Source of the DNA: an uncultured virus (IMG/VR IMGVR_UViG_3300021387_001295) | Taxonomy: Duplodnaviria > Heunggongvirae > Uroviricota > Caudoviricetes | Length of the DNA: 64,000 nucleotides | Direction: 5' to 3' (one strand) | Virus record (IMG/VR): IMGVR_UViG_3300021387_001295 | Shown here: piece by piece, positions 20,151 to 29,286 of the stretch | Layout of the letters: each line of letters begins with the position of its first letter | Numbering within the stretch: the first letter of the stretch is position 1 | Program-made: the position numbers and the translations under genes | The notes under the pieces: model-generated | Seen by the model: only the letters and a program-made list of their open reading frames with translations | What the model was told of the DNA's origin: nothing | The model's database searches: none

Positions 20151-20294
20151 TTAAGCTTTAAATTTGATTATTTTAGCGTCTTTAGTTTTAGTAACCTCTA
20201 CTCTGTCAATTATATCTTGTCCAATTTTCATACCAATTGAGCAAGCTATACCTGTTAAAATACCTGATACTAATATACCTATTACTCTATTCAT
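20151..20294 (-). CDS. small membrane protein
   Basis: MNRVIGILVSGILTGIACSIG; own promoter and RBS; terminator at 20108-20129. Confidence 0.6.
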   Translation of the reverse strand: MNRVIGILVSGILTGIACSIGMKIGQDIIDRVEVTKTKDAKIIKFKA

Positions 20295-20331
20295 ATCAAT
20301 TACCTCCTTATAATTTTTATCATCTTTTTCT

Positions 20332-20355
20332 ATAATAAGGTATGTAATTTTCGCG
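20332..20355 (-). promoter_or_regulatory. phage promoter motif
   Basis: CGCG aaaattacatacct TATTAT. Confidence 0.65.
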
Positions 20356-20356
20356 T

Positions 20357-20578
20357 TTAATCTTTCATCTTTAATAATCTCAACTTTGTTCCACATTCTT
20401 TGTTAAAATTATTGATTTGTTTTCTAGCAGCCATTGCTTCAAATGGGGTTAATTTTACTCTAGCATCTACTAGTTCAATTCGTTCTACATATTGTTTGAT
20501 TTCTGGTGCACACTCATCTGCCCATAATCTTAAAATATCAGTAGTAACACCTTTAAATAAATAGTTTTGTTTTTTCAA
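20357..20578 (-). CDS. hypothetical protein
   Basis: TTG start after AGGAGG. Confidence 0.5.
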   Translation of the reverse strand: MKKQNYLFKGVTTDILRLWADECAPEIKQYVERIELVDARVKLTPFEAMAARKQINNFNKECGTKLRLLKMKD

Positions 20579-20579
20579 C

Positions 20580-20931
20580 TTAACTTCCTCCTAACTTTGC
20601 AATTTTATACAAGATTCTTCTTACGTCTTTATCTTTGAGATTACCCAAAACATCAGACCCATGCATAATTGTATATGGATATGTCAAAATATACTCTTCA
20701 TCTGGATCAACTACTGCTGGTCGTTCTGTCTCATATAGAGTACACGCCAGTTCCCATCGATCATTTTCAAATCCCTGACATCCATAAGCTTTAACAACTG
20801 AAGCTCCATAACCATTTGGAAAACGGAATAGATAATGTATGCCGTACTTGTCCTGCCACAGTATCTTCCCAAATATCAATGATATACTTTTCCAATCGCA
20901 AGCCACAATGTAAACTCAAATTTTTACCCAT
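20580..20931 (-). CDS. hypothetical protein (116 aa), requiring +1 shift at CGG 20842-20844
   Basis: AGAAAGGAGG RBS then MGKNLSLH...VAGQV-(C)GGC-IHYLFRFPNGYGASVV. Confidence 0.7.
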
Positions 20932-20958
20932 GGCGTATTCCTCCTTTCTCAAAATTTA

Positions 20959-21008
20959 GAAAGGTATGTTTAAATAAAGGGCAACATCACCTGCCCAACA
21001 TATCTTTC
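20959..21008 (-). ncRNA. candidate small structured RNA
   Basis: Begins right after a CGCG promoter; GAAAG.TATGTT/AACATA.CTTTC outer stem and GGGCA/TGCCC inner hairpin. Confidence 0.4.
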
Positions 21009-21009
21009 C

Positions 21010-21033
21010 ATATAAGCGTTTGCAAATTTCGCG
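21010..21033 (-). promoter_or_regulatory. phage promoter motif
   Basis: CGCG aaatttgcaaacgc TTATAT. Confidence 0.6.
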
Positions 21034-21046
21034 AAAAATAAAAAAA

Positions 21047-21120
21047 GAAAAGACAGCGGACTCGAACCGCTTCTATAATAAATATCTCTATTTACATAGA
21101 TTTCTTCCTGAGATCTTTTC
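21047..21120 (-). ncRNA. tRNA-like small RNA (74 nt)
   Basis: Acceptor stem AAAAGAT/GTCTTTT, T-arm AGCGG-TTCGAGT-CCGCT, canonical 41-nt spacing between them; no canonical anticodon loop, no CCA. Confidence 0.5.
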
Positions 21121-21144
21121 ATTATATACTTTGTTTTTTTCGCG
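21121..21144 (-). promoter_or_regulatory. phage promoter motif
   Basis: CGCG aaaaaaacaaagta TATAAT. Confidence 0.7.
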
Positions 21145-21170
21145 AAATAGTAAGAGTATATGAACCCTTA

Positions 21171-21251
21171 CTAAATTTTCTTTAATACAATCCATATAGC
21201 TCCTACGAAACCTACAGCGTAAATAATTTTTACAATATTTTCTCCATTCAT
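21171..21251 (-). CDS. 26-aa hydrophobic peptide (not in ORF track)
   Basis: MNGENIVKIIYAVGFVGAIWIVLKKI; own promoter and AGGAGGTG RBS. Confidence 0.55.
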   Translation of the reverse strand: MNGENIVKIIYAVGFVGAIWIVLKKI

Positions 21252-21267
21252 ATTAATTACACCTCCT

Positions 21268-21291
21268 ATATAATAATATGTTAAATACGCG
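21268..21291 (-). promoter_or_regulatory. phage promoter motif
   Basis: CGCG tatttaacatatta TTATAT. Confidence 0.6.
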
Positions 21292-21330
21292 AAAAGTAAA
21301 AAGGGCTTGATGTTTAGCCCTACTCAAAGT

Positions 21331-21459
21331 TTATTTAAAACTAATTATCAGATTACCTATTGCCATTATTACATTTCTTAGTATAAATTTAATTGCCTTT
21401 CTGAAGAATGGAATGATAGCAATTAGTAATCCTATAATTGTCCAATTAATCTTTTTCAT
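21331..21459 (-). CDS. 42-aa hydrophobic/basic peptide (not in ORF track)
   Basis: MKKINWTIIGLLIAIIPFFRKAIK...; own promoter, AGAAAGGAG RBS, terminator at 21299-21321. Confidence 0.55.
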   Translation of the reverse strand: MKKINWTIIGLLIAIIPFFRKAIKFILRNVIMAIGNLIISFK

Positions 21460-21476
21460 AGTTATCACTCCTTTCT

Positions 21477-21500
21477 ATTATAGACTATGTAATTCGCGCG
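21477..21500 (-). promoter_or_regulatory. phage promoter motif
   Basis: CGCG cgaattacatagtc TATAAT. Confidence 0.7.
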
Positions 21501-21518
21501 AAAAGAAAGAGAGTCTGT

Positions 21519-21719
21519 TTATTTAGACTCATCTTTACTTTTATTCATAGCTTGTTCTAATGTTTCGCTTATTTTTGAAAATAAGTCTTGTGCAACCAAT
21601 TCCATTCTAGCATTTAATCTAGCTTCCTCGTATGCATCTTTTTTACCTCTTTCATAAATAGCTTTTCCTAATCCGAACATTACTAATGTTGTAAAAGCAC
21701 CATATAATAAGTTTTTCAT
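21519..21719 (-). CDS. small membrane-anchored protein
   Basis: MKNLLYGAFTTLVMFGLG; GAGGTG RBS. Confidence 0.6.
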   Translation of the reverse strand: MKNLLYGAFTTLVMFGLGKAIYERGKKDAYEEARLNARMELVAQDLFSKISETLEQAMNKSKDESK

Positions 21720-21759
21720 AAAAATCACCTCTTTCTTTTAATTTCATACCTTTTTTCCT

Positions 21760-21783
21760 ATAAAATGGCTTGTAAAATACGCG
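21760..21783 (-). promoter_or_regulatory. phage promoter motif
   Basis: CGCG tattttacaagcca TTTTAT. Confidence 0.55.
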
Positions 21784-21943
21784 AAAAATAGCCATTTCAA
21801 CGTAAAGGCCTCTAATAGCCTCATAGAGCGTTTTTACCCCCTTAGACAACAAGTTATATTCCTTACTTTTTAAAAGTGCCTTAAAATCGATTCTAAGAGG
21901 TCGTTTTTTCGGAAAGTGCTAAAAATTTTGTGATTTTTACAAA

Positions 21944-21972
21944 AACGAAAGGGAAATGTAAATCTCCCTCTC
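21944..21972 (-). terminator. terminator ending the late/lysis operon
   Basis: GAGAGGGAGA..TTTCCCTTTC stem followed by GTTTTTG, just after the endolysin stop. Confidence 0.55.
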
Positions 21973-21985
21973 ATTTTATTAATAT

Positions 21986-23077
21986 TTATTTAACTATTCT
22001 TAATTTTTGTCCTGGATAGATAATATTTGGATTAGCTATTCCATTATCTCTAGCAATCTTTTGATATGTTGTTCCGTATTTAGATGCTATAGCAGATAAT
22101 GTATCACCAGATTTAACTATATAAACAGTTTCGTTCTTTGAGTTCTTTCCGTATGAAGCATTAACCGCATCTTGGACTTCATCATATCTTGAACCAAGAA
22201 CTACTTTTCTTTGCTCGCCATTACCATATTTACCGCTCTTCGTCTCCGCAACTAGATCAGAAACAGAAGCAGAATAAATATGATTAATGAAATCTTGAAC
22301 TTCGTCGTATCTATCACCAAGATTATTTTTTCTATCATCTCCATCTCCAAACACACCTTTCATTACTTGAGTAGCTAGATCTAAAGTAGATCCTTCTACT
22401 GATTGTAAAGGTGCTGGTTCCGAAGCAGGGGCAGGTTCGTTTGAATCCACTCCTAATATAACATCTTTGTATAAATAATTCATATCAAGATTTCCATTAT
22501 ATCCAGGTAAGTGTCCTGCAGAAGTAAATTGCCATATACCACAATTTGCTGCTGATTCTCCAGATGGGTCCGTATTCATTCCTTTTTGTTTTCCACCAGA
22601 GGTAGGCCAATGAGCTTCCCATTTATCAAATCTGCTTTCTATACCTGCAAGTTTTCCTTTAAACCATGAAGAACTAGCATAAACCATAGCATAATATCCA
22701 GCTGCTTCAAAAGCTTCACACTCTACTCTACAAATATCACGTAGAGTTTGATTAGAAGGCATGCCATTACGAGCTTTATACCCGTCTGCATCCTCCATAT
22801 CAATTACTAAGAATTTTGGTCTTACTCTTCTTGAATTAGCAAATGCTACAACATTAGCGGCTTCTTGAGCAGCTCTTGATGTATTTAATGCATAAGAATA
22901 AATATAAAGACCATAAGGTTTTCCAGAGTCGATAGCTAAGTCGACGTTACGTGCCGCTTTGCTATCCTCTGAGATACCAGCATGACTTCTAAATATAAAG
23001 AAGTCACAGTGGTTTGCTAACGTACGTATATCGATATTACCCTGCCATGCAGAGATATCTGGTCCTAATTTAGCCAT
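21986..23077 (-). CDS. endolysin: GH25 muramidase + CW_7 (Cpl-7) repeats + LysM
   Basis: [38 protein letters not shown] and [14 protein letters not shown] repeats; [13 protein letters not shown]ysM. Confidence 0.9.
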   Translation of the reverse strand: MAKLGPDISAWQGNIDIRTLANHCDFFIFRSHAGISEDSKAARNVDLAIDSGKPYGLYIYSYALNTSRAAQEAANVVAFANSRRVRPKFLVIDMEDADGYKARNGMPSNQTLRDICRVECEAFEAAGYYAMVYASSSWFKGKLAGIESRFDKWEAHWPTSGGKQKGMNTDPSGESAANCGIWQFTSAGHLPGYNGNLDMNYLYKDVILGVDSNEPAPASEPAPLQSVEGSTLDLATQVMKGVFGDGDDRKNNLGDRYDEVQDFINHIYSASVSDLVAETKSGKYGNGEQRKVVLGSRYDEVQDAVNASYGKNSKNETVYIVKSGDTLSAIASKYGTTYQKIARDNGIANPNIIYPGQKLRIVK

Positions 23078-23189
23078 ATTATTTTTCCTCCTCTTCATAA
23101 TTTCTTAATTCTTGATTGTTAATTTCTGTAGGTTCTTTTTCTACATTAAAGTTTTCATCTCCCATAGGTTTATTCTCCTTTCATTAATA

Positions 23190-23396
23190 TTAATTAATTT
23201 CACCCATCACTTCAGAGGCTTTGTTGATTACATCTTGCTCAGTTCCACCTAAACCTGAAATAGTATCAGCTGTACCAGTAATATTATTTAAAATTTGTCC
23301 AGCTTGAGCTACTGGATACATAATATCATCTATTAAATTATTAGAATCTATATTGTCTTCTTTTATTGTTTCTAATTTAGTTTTTAAACTTGACAT
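23190..23396 (-). CDS. hypothetical late protein
   Basis: MSSLKTKL N-terminus shared with neighbouring paralogs; RBS. Confidence 0.55.
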   Translation of the reverse strand: MSSLKTKLETIKEDNIDSNNLIDDIMYPVAQAGQILNNITGTADTISGLGGTEQDVINKASEVMGEIN

Positions 23397-23409
23397 AATT
23401 TACCTCCTT

Positions 23410-24597
23410 TTATTGTTCTGCTAGTCCATATTCGTATTTATTATGAGAATATCCAACATATGTTTCATTTGATGCATCATCACCAACCCATATATGTAGT
23501 AAATTCATATAATATATATCGCCATTATCATAAGATCCAATTATATCTGATTTAGTACTTAATAACATCCATGTTCTATTAGTAGCATTAAAAGCAACTT
23601 GCTTAGTTAAATTTAATTGATCAATTGTTGGCACAGTTTCAAATTCAGTATTAGTAATTTGTTTAGTTGTAAAATCATAAGTCGCTTTTATCATCGGCAT
23701 CACTGTTTTAGCATCGCATGAACTTTCGTAATTTATAGAACATACAATACATAATTCACCATTAACCATAGCTGCCCAAAATCCGTCATAATCACCTTTA
23801 TAATATATATAATCAGCAGTATCTCCATTAAATATAAATATACCATTCTTCTGAACTCCAGCAGCAATTAAAGCATTTCTAACTTCAGTAATTTTATCAG
23901 CACCAACATGTATATTTTCTCTAACAGTGCTTATATCACTATAACCAGAAAAACTTCTTAATACGTCAATATCATCTTTATTTACAACAGGATTAGCTTG
24001 ATATAACCCTCCAAACGTATGTCTTGATAATATACATGCCTCACCAACTAAGACGTCTTCTATACTTTCTATAGTCATTGGTTGCGAGAATTTTAAGACA
24101 TCATTTTCTAATGTAACGTCAGTTGTCATTATATCAAATCGTTCTTTTTTTAATGTAACACCATCTGATTGTGTCATATAATTACCCATAAATTGTCCAC
24201 CATTAGAATGACCATCAAACATAAGCATTGATGTAGCCATTTGAATGTCTAAAAACAAACCGGCATCTTCATTTCTTAATATTATATCTTTATTATTACC
24301 AGTAAATTGTTTGCTAAGTGTTATGATATCAGGTAATATTAAATGGTCTATCTGTTTGCCAACATCAGAAGAAGTTAAATGTGTTATTGTATCTGTATAT
24401 ACAATTGCTAAATCATCTTTTTGTTTATTAGTATCAGCATTCATAGCTTCAATTGATTTAAACAATTTAACATCTCCGCCAGCTTTTAAAGAACCATTGA
24501 CACCAAAAGCTGTAACTCCAGCCTTAATATTTTCTGGTATAATTTTAGAATGTTTTTCATCTAAAATATCATTTAATTTGTCAATCATTGTAGACAT
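23410..24597 (-). CDS. putative tail-fibre/virion accessory protein
   Basis: N-terminal EKHSKIIPENIKAGVTAFGV module shared with the 26139, 27798 and 28259 genes. Confidence 0.55.
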   Translation of the reverse strand: MSTMIDKLNDILDEKHSKIIPENIKAGVTAFGVNGSLKAGGDVKLFKSIEAMNADTNKQKDDLAIVYTDTITHLTSSDVGKQIDHLILPDIITLSKQFTGNNKDIILRNEDAGLFLDIQMATSMLMFDGHSNGGQFMGNYMTQSDGVTLKKERFDIMTTDVTLENDVLKFSQPMTIESIEDVLVGEACILSRHTFGGLYQANPVVNKDDIDVLRSFSGYSDISTVRENIHVGADKITEVRNALIAAGVQKNGIFIFNGDTADYIYYKGDYDGFWAAMVNGELCIVCSINYESSCDAKTVMPMIKATYDFTTKQITNTEFETVPTIDQLNLTKQVAFNATNRTWMLLSTKSDIIGSYDNGDIYYMNLLHIWVGDDASNETYVGYSHNKYEYGLAEQ

Positions 24598-24610
24598 TTT
24601 TTATACCTCC

Positions 24611-24997
24611 TTATAAAATATGTTTTTCAACTAACTCATCAAACATTGAATCTATATACGAGTCTCCTCCACGATTATTATAACGAGTTTTAGTTTCATG
24701 GAGCATACGTTTTTGCTCCTCGTTTGGTGCATAAGCGCCGTCTTTAATTTTCATTATTTCAACAATAAGGAAACGCTTACAATTTTGCATTTCAATATCA
24801 TCTAATTTTTCATTGAGTCTTGCATCATCTTTTTTAGACTCTTCTTTTATGGAGTCTATTTTAGTATTGACTTTTGCTAGTAGTTCTTCCTGTTTAACAG
24901 CTTTAGTATGGCTTCTAGTTTGTAACCATATACCAACTAGACCTATTAAAGCTACTAAAACAGTACCAACCATTTGAAATATTGCTTCAGTTGGCAT
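24611..24997 (-). CDS. holin-like membrane protein
   Basis: N-terminal TM helix then coiled coil and RYNNRGGDSY; in lysis region. Confidence 0.55.
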   Translation of the reverse strand: MPTEAIFQMVGTVLVALIGLVGIWLQTRSHTKAVKQEELLAKVNTKIDSIKEESKKDDARLNEKLDDIEMQNCKRFLIVEIMKIKDGAYAPNEEQKRMLHETKTRYNNRGGDSYIDSMFDELVEKHIL

Positions 24998-25281
24998 TAC
25001 TTTAGACCCCCGTTATCATTCGTACCTTCTACGAACTTTTTAAAGGCCTGGTGTAAACCAGTTGAAGATAATCCCATTATAGCTCCGTAAATAATACTTT
25101 CTAAACATAAACCACTAGCAAAACAGTTTATAATAGCACCAAATATGGCTAATATGATTGGGATATCATTATTTGGAATCCACTTAAGGAAACTTGCATG
25201 CTTTATAATATAACCTATTACTAGACAGCCTAAAATAGTTATACCTACGAAATATCCTTCTAAACCATTAAAGTTTATCAT
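24997..25281 (-). CDS. phage holin
   Basis: Three TM segments; IPNNDIPIIL...GLSSTGLHQAFK motif. Confidence 0.8.
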   Translation of the reverse strand: MINFNGLEGYFVGITILGCLVIGYIIKHASFLKWIPNNDIPIILAIFGAIINCFASGLCLESIIYGAIMGLSSTGLHQAFKKFVEGTNDNGGLK

Positions 25282-25499
25282 TTTTGATTACCTCCTTTAA
25301 TAATATAATTTGATAGTTTTAAATTCATCTCTATCAATTTATCAACTCTATTCTCCATAGTTCTAACCTCTTCATATACTTCAGAATAATTTTTATATAA
25401 AATATGATTATATGCAGTCTCAAAGCAGAACATGAAGAATAGGTTAATAAAAGCTATGGAGATTAAGAGTTTTGCAGTTATCTTAATCTCCTTGTTCAT
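25278..25499 (-). CDS. small membrane protein
   Basis: N-terminal hydrophobic helix plus coiled coil; RBS. Confidence 0.5.
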   Translation of the reverse strand: MNKEIKITAKLLISIAFINLFFMFCFETAYNHILYKNYSEVYEEVRTMENRVDKLIEMNLKLSNYIIKGGNQK

Positions 25500-25510
25500 A
25501 TATTACTCCT

Positions 25511-26149
25511 TTATTTTTTTTTATACCATTTTTCTCTATCTGCATCTAATAATTTTTGTAATTTTTCTTGATTATCTTTATAAAATGCTTCTTCCATTGT
25601 TATACCAATCTCATCTAAATAATCTTTAAAGTAAATTGTATTTCTACACATATGCGGACGATCTCTTGTTGATTTATCATCTATATGTTGAACTAATGTT
25701 GGTCTATAAATTAAATGTGGTATACCTTCTTCTATTAATATAATATCTAACAATGAACCATAACGTTGTTGATTTGGATAAATATTTTCATCCAAATACT
25801 TTTCCATCATTTTATTAGCTAAATGTGCTGTAATATTTTTTGGAAAATATGTGCATTGATTATATAAAAATAGACTAGAAAAATGTGTTGTATAATATTT
25901 AGTTGGTGAACTAAAAAAATTAATAATATTATTAGGATATTGATTAATAATTTTTTCTATTTCTTCTTTAAAATTTTTACATAATACAATATCATCTTCC
26001 ATTAAAACAGCATTGAAATCATTTATATGATATAAAGCATCAATATAAGCTTTAACATATTTATGATTGTAATCAATAATTTTTTCATGTTCTATTGGAA
26101 TATCATATGAACGATCTTCTATTGTACGAACAAAATATTTAATTTCCAT
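25511..26149 (-). CDS. glycosyltransferase-like protein (GT25/GT-A-like)
   Basis: VLMEDDIVL and PTLVQHI motifs; start at MEIKY. Confidence 0.55.
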   Translation of the reverse strand: MEIKYFVRTIEDRSYDIPIEHEKIIDYNHKYVKAYIDALYHINDFNAVLMEDDIVLCKNFKEEIEKIINQYPNNIINFFSSPTKYYTTHFSSLFLYNQCTYFPKNITAHLANKMMEKYLDENIYPNQQRYGSLLDIILIEEGIPHLIYRPTLVQHIDDKSTRDRPHMCRNTIYFKDYLDEIGITMEEAFYKDNQEKLQKLLDADREKWYKKK

Positions 26150-27773
26150 TTTCTTCAATCTCCGTTTGTTTAACATCTATTATTGTTTCATACATTGTTT
26201 TAATAGTTGCACCAATACATGTTAAAAGTGTTTCTATTGGAACATTTATCATAAGTTTATCAATATTACTATATTCAAGACCGTCTAATTCTTGTTCAAC
26301 AGTTCCAATAGAAGCAAATATATTAATAATATCAGACATTCTACAAGGATTTGGTATTTCTATTTCAGAAGATTCTGTAAAAAGTGTCATTAAATGAACA
26401 CCACTATGAATATTATCGTTTAAATATAATGATATTGAATTAACACCATCATAAGCTATAAATAACGAACAATTGTCGTAACGATGTATTGATGAACCTG
26501 ATTGAACATCTACTGTACATTTACCAAAATCTAGTATATGCGATTCTAAACTACTTTCAGATGGTATAGTTACTATTGTATTTTTTTGTTCTGAAGTTAA
26601 ATATTTATTTAACATACTAGCAATTGTAGAACCATTAAATATTAATGTAGTTCCATTTTTTATATCACTAGTATAAGAATTTGGTTTAATAGTAATAAAA
26701 TCATTATTTACTTTTATATATCTACAAATAGATGAATCATAATCTTCTGCATAACCTATCTTAATACCAATAATATTATATAATTCATAACTTTTATAAT
26801 CCATACCGCCATCAGTAATATCAAGATGAACAATACCGGCATATCTTAACACACTTATTAAATTATTTAATGTCATAGGGTCATTAAAATATTGTTCTGT
26901 TGCAGTATTAATACTTACTAATGTTCCTATTTCAATTACATTTTCTCCTTTTTCGAACACACATAATTTTAATCCACCTGTTCGACTACCTCCGGCAATA
27001 TCAACGATTAAACAAAATTGACATCCGGTTAAAAGTATATTATCTTGAAAACCATGCGTTAGATTTATAGCAGGAAAATCATGCCCTGCACCATAAGATA
27101 ATGCAATAGTACATTCATCTAATTCTGAAGATGTATAATTATTTTCAATTATATCTGCTATTTTATTACAATCAATCGCTATTTTATTATTTTCATTTAA
27201 ACTAATTAAAAAACCACCATTGCCTCCACTGCCTCCACCGTCATTTGTACCTACAATTTTTTCTCCATTTACGTAAGCTGTTTTATTACGAACTATATCT
27301 TCAGCAGTAGCTGTCGCGTCTGATGTATCTACACCGTCATAAGTACCGGCTACTCCAAGAATTGTAGCTCCATATTTTATATCATCACTATCTAATTCTA
27401 TTGCTTGTGCAACATCAGCATACGATACGGATACATCTATTTCCTGATCAAAGTTTATAATAACTTTATCTTTTTCTAGCTCTACTCTTGAATAAACATT
27501 TATTGATGAATTAGATTCATTTATATCTATAAGTTCCGCATTTATTGGAATACCATCTAAATAATCTAACTCACCTGTTATTTTTTGTCCATTTACATAA
27601 GCTGTTTTATTTTTAGCAAGATCATTTTCAGTAGCTGTTGCATCAGATGTATCTATACCCTCATCTAAAGTACCAGTAACACCAAAAGCTGTAACTCCAG
27701 CTCTAAGATTTTCTGGAATAATTTTTAGTCTTTTTTCTGCAAGAATTCTTTGTAATTTTGCTAATAAAGTCAT
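26139..27773 (-). CDS. putative tail-fibre-like protein
   Basis: Two DTSDATA..D..KTAYVNG.KI.G repeats, GGGSGG linker, C-terminal domain unlike the paralogs. Confidence 0.6.
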   Translation of the reverse strand: MTLLAKLQRILAEKRLKIIPENLRAGVTAFGVTGTLDEGIDTSDATATENDLAKNKTAYVNGQKITGELDYLDGIPINAELIDINESNSSINVYSRVELEKDKVIINFDQEIDVSVSYADVAQAIELDSDDIKYGATILGVAGTYDGVDTSDATATAEDIVRNKTAYVNGEKIVGTNDGGGSGGNGGFLISLNENNKIAIDCNKIADIIENNYTSSELDECTIALSYGAGHDFPAINLTHGFQDNILLTGCQFCLIVDIAGGSRTGGLKLCVFEKGENVIEIGTLVSINTATEQYFNDPMTLNNLISVLRYAGIVHLDITDGGMDYKSYELYNIIGIKIGYAEDYDSSICRYIKVNNDFITIKPNSYTSDIKNGTTLIFNGSTIASMLNKYLTSEQKNTIVTIPSESSLESHILDFGKCTVDVQSGSSIHRYDNCSLFIAYDGVNSISLYLNDNIHSGVHLMTLFTESSEIEIPNPCRMSDIINIFASIGTVEQELDGLEYSNIDKLMINVPIETLLTCIGATIKTMYETIIDVKQTEIEENGN

Positions 27774-27797
27774 TTAAATATCCTCCTTATTTATATA

Positions 27798-28196
27798 TTA
27801 CACATCTCCTGATTCTCCTTCATTATTTTCAGTTCCAAGAATTTCATCAGCTATTGTAACACAATCATCGTAGTCAGCATGTTCTGGATCTTCCTCAACT
27901 ACAGTTCCAGCTACACCTAATATTGTAACTCCTGTTTTAATATTTCCAGCTAATATATTAGCATCTATTGTGTTATCAACAGCAGCAATATTAACTTGAG
28001 CTAATTCATAACCAGTATCAGCTTGAATAGTTTGAGCTACTGTAGATGGTGTAGCATTTTTTGTTTGATCTGGCTTATCTGGTTCCAAATTTCCCTCTAC
28101 ACCAAATAATGTAACACCAGCCCTAATGTTTGTTGGTATTACCTTTGAATTTTTCTCTGCAAGAACAGCTTGCAATTTTGTTTTTAATAGACTCAT
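27798..28196 (-). CDS. short fibre-module paralog
   Basis: EKNSKVIPTNIRAGVTLFGV; C-terminal EDPEHADYDDC shared with the 28259 gene. Confidence 0.55.
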   Translation of the reverse strand: MSLLKTKLQAVLAEKNSKVIPTNIRAGVTLFGVEGNLEPDKPDQTKNATPSTVAQTIQADTGYELAQVNIAAVDNTIDANILAGNIKTGVTILGVAGTVVEEDPEHADYDDCVTIADEILGTENNEGESGDV

Positions 28197-28258
28197 AATG
28201 AGTACCTCCTTTAATAAAATATTTTAAATTTATTCAGAAACTTCCACAAAAGAAGCTC

Positions 28259-28744
28259 CTATACATTTCCTAAAATTTCTTCAGTTAATTGAAGACAATC
28301 ATCATAATCAGCATGCTCTGGATCTTCTGGAACTACAGTACCTTCTATACCAAGAATAGTTTCACCTTGTTTAATTTTGTCAGCAGATAAAAGTATTTTA
28401 TTAGCCAAAGCTGTTTCATTAATTATAGGACCACCGCCTGCTCTAATTAATTTATCTTCATCAAAAATTGGAATTATATATGGTGAGTTTTGAAATTCCC
28501 CTGTTGTTACTCCAGAATTACTTTCAATTACTGCAACATTACCTGTAATTTTTTCACCATTAACATATGCTGTTTTACCCTCAGCTAAATCGCCAGCAAC
28601 TGCATCTGCATCTGAAGTATCAATACCTTCATCTAAAGTACCAATAACACCAAAAACAGAAACATTCCTTCTAATATTTTCAGAAATAATTTTTTGCTGT
28701 TTTTCTGCAAGAATTTCTTGCAAATTAGTCTTTAATTGGCTCAT
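28259..28744 (-). CDS. short fibre-module paralog
   Basis: DTSDADA..GKTAYVNGEKITG; EDPEHADYDDC. Confidence 0.55.
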   Translation of the reverse strand: MSQLKTNLQEILAEKQQKIISENIRRNVSVFGVIGTLDEGIDTSDADAVAGDLAEGKTAYVNGEKITGNVAVIESNSGVTTGEFQNSPYIIPIFDEDKLIRAGGGPIINETALANKILLSADKIKQGETILGIEGTVVPEDPEHADYDDCLQLTEEILGNV

Positions 28745-28886
28745 CTTCTAATCCTCCTTTATTTAATATTTCTTGCGATAAAGCAAGATCTTCCGGATAT
28801 TCATCAGTTTCAGTAATGTCTACTTTTTCTATAATCTTACCTACACTGATTTTACCTCTAAGTACCTGATTTGGATAATTAGGCAT
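28725..28886 (-). CDS. small hypothetical protein
   Basis: MPNYPNQVLRGK after GGAGGTG. Confidence 0.45.
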   Translation of the reverse strand: MPNYPNQVLRGKISVGKIIEKVDITETDEYPEDLALSQEILNKGGLEDEPIKD

Positions 28887-29262
28887 TACTGTCACCTCCC
28901 TCCGGATATAATGTAAATAATTTAGGTCCGTCTTCATCATAACCTAATATTGTCTGTACATCACTACTATCTGGGTTAAGCTCAATTTCATACCAATAAT
29001 CAGTAGGTTTGTTAATAAAATCGCCAATCTTAGTATCTTCTTTTTCTAAGATTATATTTACAGATGTTGTTATTTGTGTTACTGTAACTGTTTTTTCTAA
29101 TACAACATTACTAGTATTTTTCTTTTCAGTTACTTTAAATCGTAATTTTTCATCTGGTTTAAACATATAATCATGACCTTTTTCATCCTCAGCAAAGACA
29201 CATATACAACCAGAATCCCCACGAGTGATATGAATTGTAGACTCGTCATCAATTTTAAACAT
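28879..29262 (-). CDS. BppU-like baseplate/adaptor domain protein
   Basis: IHITRGDS...LEKEDT...YWYEIEL pattern. Confidence 0.55.
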   Translation of the reverse strand: MFKIDDESTIHITRGDSGCICVFAEDEKGHDYMFKPDEKLRFKVTEKKNTSNVVLEKTVTVTQITTSVNIILEKEDTKIGDFINKPTDYWYEIELNPDSSDVQTILGYDEDGPKLFTLYPEGGDSNA

Positions 29263-29286
29263 ACACTATATCTCCTTTCTTTAATA

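Noticed and set aside
21047..21120. Frameshift-suppressor tRNA explaining CGGN decoding
   Set aside because: The loop sequence (TAGAGATA) is not complementary to CGGN or GGN, and there is no CCA.
26150..26176. In-frame CGG in ORF-track N-terminal extensions (here and at ~28902)
   Set aside because: They lie upstream of the likely true starts (MEIKY, MPNYP), inside other genes' frames, so they are not counter-examples to the CGG rule.
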